DNA of 44,228 nucleotides, from the sequence record PV040721.1; one strand, given 5' to 3'. The DNA is from Escherichia phage BUCT825. The notes beneath the pieces are model-generated. The model worked only from the letters and a program-made list of their open reading frames with translations, was not told where the DNA came from and ran no database searches. Position numbers and translations under genes: made by a program. Below, piece after piece: positions 39,240 to 44,228 of the stretch. Each line of letters starts with the position of its first letter. Positions within the stretch are counted from its first letter, which is position 1.

Positions 39240-42194
39240 ATGTCAAGCGGATGCGGTGACGTTTTAAGCTTGGCGGATTTACAAACCGCCAAGAAACACC
39301 AGATTTTCGAAGCTGAGGTTATTACCGGTAAATCCGGCGGTGTTGCTACTGGTGCTGATATTGATTACGCGACCAACGCAGTTACAGGGCAGACACAGAA
39401 GACACTGCCGGCTGTGTTGCGTGACGCAGGTTTTAAACTGGCAGATTTTGATTTCACGTCAGGCGGTACACTATCCGCTAACGACCGAAACACCGCAGTT
39501 TTGTGGCCGTCGTCCTCTGGCGGTGACGGGGATTGGTACTATTGGTTGGGTGCTCTGCCAAAAATTATCCCAGCGTCATCTTCTCCGCAGTCCACCGGTG
39601 GCGTGGCAGATGGGGCGTGGCAACCCGTCGGGTCGGTCGTACTGAGGCAGCAAATATCTAATGTAAACGGTGCAACTCTGTACCCAGATTTACATATGGC
39701 GCGATGGAAGGACGAATACGACCTACGCGCATGGGGCGCCGTGGGCGACGGTGTAACTGATGATACTCAATCTATTTTTAATGTATTAGCAGCTTCTCCC
39801 AACAATTGGATTATAGACGGCAGGGGTTTGACTTATAAAGTTTCCCAATTACCGGACATTAGTAAATTTAAGAATGCTGCATTCGTTTACGAGCGCGTAG
39901 CCGGGCAACCGCTTACTTATGTAGCTGATGGCTTCTTTAACAGCTCACTAACTAAGGTGACGGATACCCCGTTCTACAACGCATGGACGCAGGATAAAAC
40001 TTTCGTCTACGACCATGTTATTTACGCCCCGTTTATGGCGGGCGAACGACATGGCGTTCAAAACTTACATGTAGCTTGGGTTCGCTCTGGTGACGACGGG
40101 CAGACTTGGTCAATGCCTGAGTGGTTGACTCCAATCCATGCCGACTATAATGCCAGTGTTTCTGCAGACAGAGTTAACTACCACTGCATGAGCATGGGTA
40201 CGTGCGGCAACCGATTATATGCAGTTATAGAAACCCGCTACTTGTCTAATATGCGGATGAAGAAGGCAGAACTTTGGTCACGCCCGATGCCGTATTTTAG
40301 ACACCCAACCGGCGGAATAACTATTAGTTCTGGCTCCACTACTGCTACCATTGTTATAGAAAATCATGGCCTAAAAGCAGGAGATGCGGTTAACTTCTCT
40401 AATACATCGGCAACTGGCGTATCGGGTAATATGACGGTTGCGTCTATAATTAACCGAAATACGTTCACTGTTACGCTCTCAAGCCCTGCGGGTTCCACCA
40501 TAAACAATGCGGGGGTTACCTGGAACTTCGCAACGCGATTCTGGGACAGCCCGTGGGAAATTACCGAATTGCCGGGGGTGGCATACTCCACTAACGCTGA
40601 TTTGTGTGTCACGGAGACACATAGTTTTGCGGTTATAGATGATACTAACTACACTATCGCTGTCGGCTACCACAACGGCGATGTGTCCCCTCGTCGTCTT
40701 GGCGTCTTGTATTTTAGTAACGTTTATGACAACCCAGGCGTATTCGTTCGTCGCACTGTCGCTCAGGCATACGCTGATAACGCTTCTGAACCGTGCGTGA
40801 AAAGTTATGGAGGTGTGCTCTACCTTACCACACGCGGCACATTACCTACTTCCCCTGGCTCTACACTGGCGATGAGCACCGATTCTGGGCAAAACTGGAG
40901 CTACTTGCGATTTCCGAACAATGTACATCACTCCAATCTTCCGTTCGCTAAAGTAGGTGACTATCTCTACATCTTTGGTACAGAACGTGCCTTTGGCGAG
41001 TGGGAAGGGGGTGCGCCGGACAGCCGCTATGAAGGTTCGTATCCACGGACCTTTATGTGCAAAGTTAATGTGTCGTCATGGCCTTCATCTTTAGATGATG
41101 TTCAGTGGTTTAATATTACCGACCAAATATACCAGGGCCATATCGTTAACTCTGCAGTCGGCGTCGGCTCTGTCTGTGTTAAAGATGGCTGGTTGTACTA
41201 TATCTTTGGAGGGGAAGACTTCTTCTCTCCCTGGAGCATAGGGGATAACAGTGCGAAGTTATGGTACAAACATGATGGGCACCCGGCTGACTTATATAGC
41301 TACCGGATAAAGATTGAAGACCACCCGTATGTGTCACGTGATTTCAAATACGGAGCAACTCCTAACCGTACACTACCTGTCGCAATGGGTGTAGATGGTG
41401 TCCGTCATGTAGAAGCACCTTTGACGTTTGACAATGATGTAAGCGTGTACTCCCTGCGTGTAACGGGGTTGGAATACGACGGCACACAACAGTCTGCCGT
41501 GCGTGCGCGGTTTGATGGTGATTACGGGCTGATTTCAAAAACAGTCCCGACTAAAACTCCATCTGCTCAACGACTGATTGTTAGTGGCGGTGATGGCGCA
41601 TCCAGTTCCGACGGTGCATTGCTGCAGCTGTACGGGTCGAACCATGCAACGCCTAACAGGGCTATTATGTATGCGTCAGGAGGCTTCTACTCATACGCCA
41701 ATTTCCTTCCTTACTTAGACTCGCAAGTGTCTTTAGGTTCGGCAAGTAATAGGTGGACTACGGTGTACGCGACCACCGGTACGATAAACACGTCTGACGG
41801 TACACTTAAGACGAACAAAGAGGAAATTGAGGAACAACTCCTTACCGCGTGGGAAGATATACATGTAATATCTTTTAAGTGGCTTGAAAGCCTAGCAACC
41901 AAAGGTGACACTGCAAGGATACACTTCGGTGTGATAGCCCAAGATGTGCGAGACATATTGGTCAAACATGGGCTTATGGAGAAAGATTCTACCGATTGTA
42001 AATATGCTTTCTTGTGCTACGACTCAATTGAAGCTGCGTATGATATTGATGAAGATGGACGGACTGTACAAGTATCCCCTCCCGGCGGCAGATGGGGGGT
42101 TAGGGCGGACCAGATGTTCTTCATAGAGATTGCGTATCAGCGTAAGAAGATGCGCGAGTTCGAGAAGAGGCTGGCAGCACTAGAAGATAAATAA
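39240..42194 (+). CDS. tailspike: endosialidase-like (sialidase Asp-boxes) with C-terminal intramolecular chaperone (peptidase S74-like) domain, 984 aa
   Basis: Asp-boxes SGDDGQTW and STDSGQNW; C-terminal NTSDGTLKTNKEEIEE auto-cleavage-type motif (Ser codon 41793-41795); SD AGAGGA. Confidence 0.75.
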   Translation: MSSGCGDVLSLADLQTAKKHQIFEAEVITGKSGGVATGADIDYATNAVTGQTQKTLPAVLRDAGFKLADFDFTSGGTLSANDRNTAVLWPSSSGGDGDWYYWLGALPKIIPASSSPQSTGGVADGAWQPVGSVVLRQQISNVNGATLYPDLHMARWKDEYDLRAWGAVGDGVTDDTQSIFNVLAASPNNWIIDGRGLTYKVSQLPDISKFKNAAFVYERVAGQPLTYVADGFFNSSLTKVTDTPFYNAWTQDKTFVYDHVIYAPFMAGERHGVQNLHVAWVRSGDDGQTWSMPEWLTPIHADYNASVSADRVNYHCMSMGTCGNRLYAVIETRYLSNMRMKKAELWSRPMPYFRHPTGGITISSGSTTATIVIENHGLKAGDAVNFSNTSATGVSGNMTVASIINRNTFTVTLSSPAGSTINNAGVTWNFATRFWDSPWEITELPGVAYSTNADLCVTETHSFAVIDDTNYTIAVGYHNGDVSPRRLGVLYFSNVYDNPGVFVRRTVAQAYADNASEPCVKSYGGVLYLTTRGTLPTSPGSTLAMSTDSGQNWSYLRFPNNVHHSNLPFAKVGDYLYIFGTERAFGEWEGGAPDSRYEGSYPRTFMCKVNVSSWPSSLDDVQWFNITDQIYQGHIVNSAVGVGSVCVKDGWLYYIFGGEDFFSPWSIGDNSAKLWYKHDGHPADLYSYRIKIEDHPYVSRDFKYGATPNRTLPVAMGVDGVRHVEAPLTFDNDVSVYSLRVTGLEYDGTQQSAVRARFDGDYGLISKTVPTKTPSAQRLIVSGGDGASSSDGALLQLYGSNHATPNRAIMYASGGFYSYANFLPYLDSQVSLGSASNRWTTVYATTGTINTSDGTLKTNKEEIEEQLLTAWEDIHVISFKWLESLATKGDTARIHFGVIAQDVRDILVKHGLMEKDSTDCKYAFLCYDSIEAAYDIDEDGRTVQVSPPGGRWGVRADQMFFIEIAYQRKKMREFEKRLAALEDK

Positions 42195-42198
42195 AACT

Positions 42199-42222
42199 AA
42201 GGCCCCAAACGGGGCCTTTTCT
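42199..42222. terminator. Bidirectional intrinsic terminator (AAGGCCCC-AAAC-GGGGCCTT), repeat of 29667-29690
   Basis: Same stem and flanks as 29667 with different loop. Confidence 0.7.
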
Positions 42223-42360
42223 CTACTCTTCCGATAACTTCTCCAGTACAAACGCCAGTTGCGCATTAGCGGCGTCTCTCTGTTGCCGTAGTCGCAGAAC
42301 CTCCTCTTCGAGTTCCTTGATACGTTTTTGCAATGCCGGAATCGGGGCTATGATGTTCAT
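42220..42360 (-). CDS. putative 46-aa coiled-coil peptide downstream of SNF2 helicase
   Basis: Manual translation MNIIAPIPALQKRIKELEEEVLRLRQQRDAANAQLAFVLEKLSEE; ATGA overlap with SNF2 stop. Confidence 0.3.
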
Positions 42361-43781
42361 TTCTTACCTCGTCTCTTCATGTAATTAAGCAACTCTTCCT
42401 GTACCGACTTCTTCTCATCAGTGCGCGCGGCAACAACTTCGTCCAGTGTGTCTTTAGCAACGATGTGATACAGAAACACCGGGCGTTCGTGCCCCGCCTG
42501 TTTCTGGCGAACTGGACCTATACGCTCCACAACCTGCAAATAGTGCTCAAGGTTCCAGCCTTGCGAGATGAATGCCAGATGATGTCCGCCGTCCTGTAAA
42601 TTCAAACCATGCCCGGCTGACGCAGGATGCACGCATAAGATTTCGATTTCCCCACGGTTCCACGCTTCCATCTGCTTATTACCCTTAGCGCCTTTTGCAA
42701 ACGCATGAGCCTGCGGGAATCGCTTAAGGATTCGTTCCAGTTCATGCTTGAACTGATAGGCCACCAGTAACGGCGCCCCCTGTAACTCCTCGACAATGGA
42801 CTCCAGCGCATCCAGTTTCGTGTCGTGCACTTTCTCCCAGTCTTTCGTTGCTTCTCCGTCTGGCCCCGACACATATACGGCACCGGATGCAATCTGCAAA
42901 CACTTCGACGTCTTCGCCGCGGCGTTAGCCGCTTCAACCTCTCCGCTTTCCAGTTCCGCGAATAACTTTTCCTCCATATCTATGTATGCCTGACGCGCTT
43001 TCTTCGGCAGGTCGATTTCAACCGGTACGATAATAGGCGCTTCACAACCGAACCACTCGGCAGCGTCAATCGTTAGACTAATGTCCTTCATCTTCTGATG
43101 AATCTCATTGTCCGCGCCAGGGCGCGCGTGATATTCACGGGCCATCGCTGACTTACCTTTCTGTACCGAGTTAAACCAGCGGTCCGTGAACGCCGTGTAT
43201 GAAGAACCGAGGCGCTCGCCTGCGTCGATAAACCAGTTCTGCCCCCACAAGTCCTTGAGGCCGTTTGGCGACGGGGTGCCAGTAAGGTTGATGAAGCGCT
43301 TAACCTTACCGAACGCCACTTTACTAAGCGCCTTTGCCCGCTTGCTTCCGCCAGAACGGCTGCGGAATGATTTCAGCTTCGTGCTTTCATCGGCAACGAT
43401 AACCGTAAAAGGCCAGTCGTCTTTGCCGTAGTAGTCAATCAGCCACTCGATAACTTCGTAGTTGGTGCATACCACGTTAGCATCTGACTCCAGCGCAGCT
43501 ATGCGGCGCTTCTCTGGACCTGTCGCATCGACTACACTCAGGCAAGGAAAGTTCCATTTCTCTTGTTCTGCGGGCCATGTGCCGGATGCAACACGTAACG
43601 GGGCTAGGATTAACACGCGGTCCTCTTCCGTAAGCTGCCCGTTGCGGAACAAGCGGTTTAAAGTCCATAGGACGCTGCCCGTCTTCCCGGCACCCATGCT
43701 TGCCCATATGTTGCAGCGATGATGCCGCAGCATGAACGAGGTCATGAGCTTCTGGTACTCTCGACGGATAAATTTAGACAT
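42357..43781 (-). CDS. SNF2-family DEAD/DEAH-box helicase, 474 aa
   Basis: Walker A SMGAGKTG, motif II VADESTKLK, motif III LTGTPSPN. Confidence 0.85.
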   Translation of the reverse strand: MSKFIRREYQKLMTSFMLRHHRCNIWASMGAGKTGSVLWTLNRLFRNGQLTEEDRVLILAPLRVASGTWPAEQEKWNFPCLSVVDATGPEKRRIAALESDANVVCTNYEVIEWLIDYYGKDDWPFTVIVADESTKLKSFRSRSGGSKRAKALSKVAFGKVKRFINLTGTPSPNGLKDLWGQNWFIDAGERLGSSYTAFTDRWFNSVQKGKSAMAREYHARPGADNEIHQKMKDISLTIDAAEWFGCEAPIIVPVEIDLPKKARQAYIDMEEKLFAELESGEVEAANAAAKTSKCLQIASGAVYVSGPDGEATKDWEKVHDTKLDALESIVEELQGAPLLVAYQFKHELERILKRFPQAHAFAKGAKGNKQMEAWNRGEIEILCVHPASAGHGLNLQDGGHHLAFISQGWNLEHYLQVVERIGPVRQKQAGHERPVFLYHIVAKDTLDEVVAARTDEKKSVQEELLNYMKRRGKK

Positions 43782-44228
43782 GATTAGCCTCGTAAACTGC
43801 TTTTGCGAAACCCCTCGGAGTAAGGCTACGGATTGTTTTTGTCCGCACTGATTTACCGCCTAATTTATTGTGTTGGTCAGAGTAACCGTCAGCCACGGCG
43901 ACACATGATTTAACAGGCATCACAAAACCGTTACCCGCCCAAATACATGTCTTCTTAGGGTACGCGTCCCGTGGTTTTATGTATTCAGAGAACATTGGGT
44001 GCGTGTCGTTTTCCGGTAGATAACCGCCGTATTCGTAGGGATTGAACACATAGTCGGGCCTACGCCATAAAGACGAAAGAACGCTAACAGGGTTCTCAAT
44101 CATATACGGTACGTTGTACTTTTTAGCCAGACGCGCTGCCACTTTGCATGTAATCACAGCCTCTACCTGAAACGTTGGGTTTTTCTTCCGCTTTGTTTCG
44201 AAATGCGCAGCCCCACTAACGGCTAAAT
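43774..44228 (-). CDS. DNA (cytosine-5)-methyltransferase-like protein, C-terminal part (N-terminal part at 1-356 across circular junction)
   Basis: Track ORF 43774-44157 is open upstream to the window edge; frame continues into 128-356; contains ENPV and GNGFVMPV motifs. Confidence 0.6.
   Translation of the reverse strand, partial: LAVSGAAHFETKRKKNPTFQVEAVITCKVAARLAKKYNVPYMIENPVSVLSSLWRRPDYVFNPYEYGGYLPENDTHPMFSEYIKPRDAYPKKTCIWAGNGFVMPVKSCVAVADGYSDQHNKLGGKSVRTKTIRSLTPRGFAKAVYEANHV
44102..44228. repeat. Right copy of exact 127-bp terminal duplication
   Basis: Identical to 1-127; implies circularised/permuted assembly or direct terminal repeat. Confidence 0.95.

Noticed and set aside
1-44228. 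CRISPR array, integrase/attP lysogeny module, or long tandem repeats
   Set aside because: No short regularly spaced direct repeats, no tyrosine/serine recombinase-like ORF and no repressor/integrase pair were seen; repeats found are promoter/terminator families, the terminal duplication, and short in-gene repeats.

Overview
The window appears to be a complete tailed-phage genome of 44,101 unique bp: bases 1-127 are repeated exactly at 44102-44228, so the linear sequence closes on itself (circular permutation or terminal redundancy). All calls below are from reading motifs and signals by eye; no database search or folding program was run. Layout: (i) a leftward replication/recombination module that runs from ~10126 down through position 1 and continues at the right end (two small HTH proteins, primase-helicase, Zn-finger and acidic proteins, DUF2800-like nuclease, SSB-like protein, family A DNA polymerase, VRR-NUC, a small C5-methyltransferase-like gene that straddles the window ends, SNF2 helicase); (ii) a rightward block of small early genes ending in an HslV-like Ntn hydrolase and a lysis cassette (TTG-start holin, 2-TM holin-like, HNH endonuclease, GH24 endolysin) closed by tandem terminators; (iii) a second small-gene block; (iv) the late module (TerS, TerL, portal, head morphogenesis, Ig-like proteins, an overlapping Rz/Rz1 spanin pair sitting between head genes, scaffold, major capsid, connectors, tail tube); (v) an antisense four-gene cassette inside the late module (2-TM peptide, HTH-metallophosphoesterase, Pnkp-type HAD phosphatase, Dnk-like kinase) preceded by an early-type promoter; (vi) tail chaperone, tape measure, tail tip and a tailspike with sialidase Asp-boxes and a C-terminal self-cleaving chaperone domain. 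Three families of near-identical sigma70-like promoters and a recurring ACTATTC element are visible. No tRNA, CRISPR array or integrase was found. From memory the gene content resembles Jersey/K1G-like (Guernseyvirinae) siphoviruses, but that is unverified. The most interesting candidates are the antisense kinase/phosphatase/phosphoesterase cassette and the HslV-like protease.
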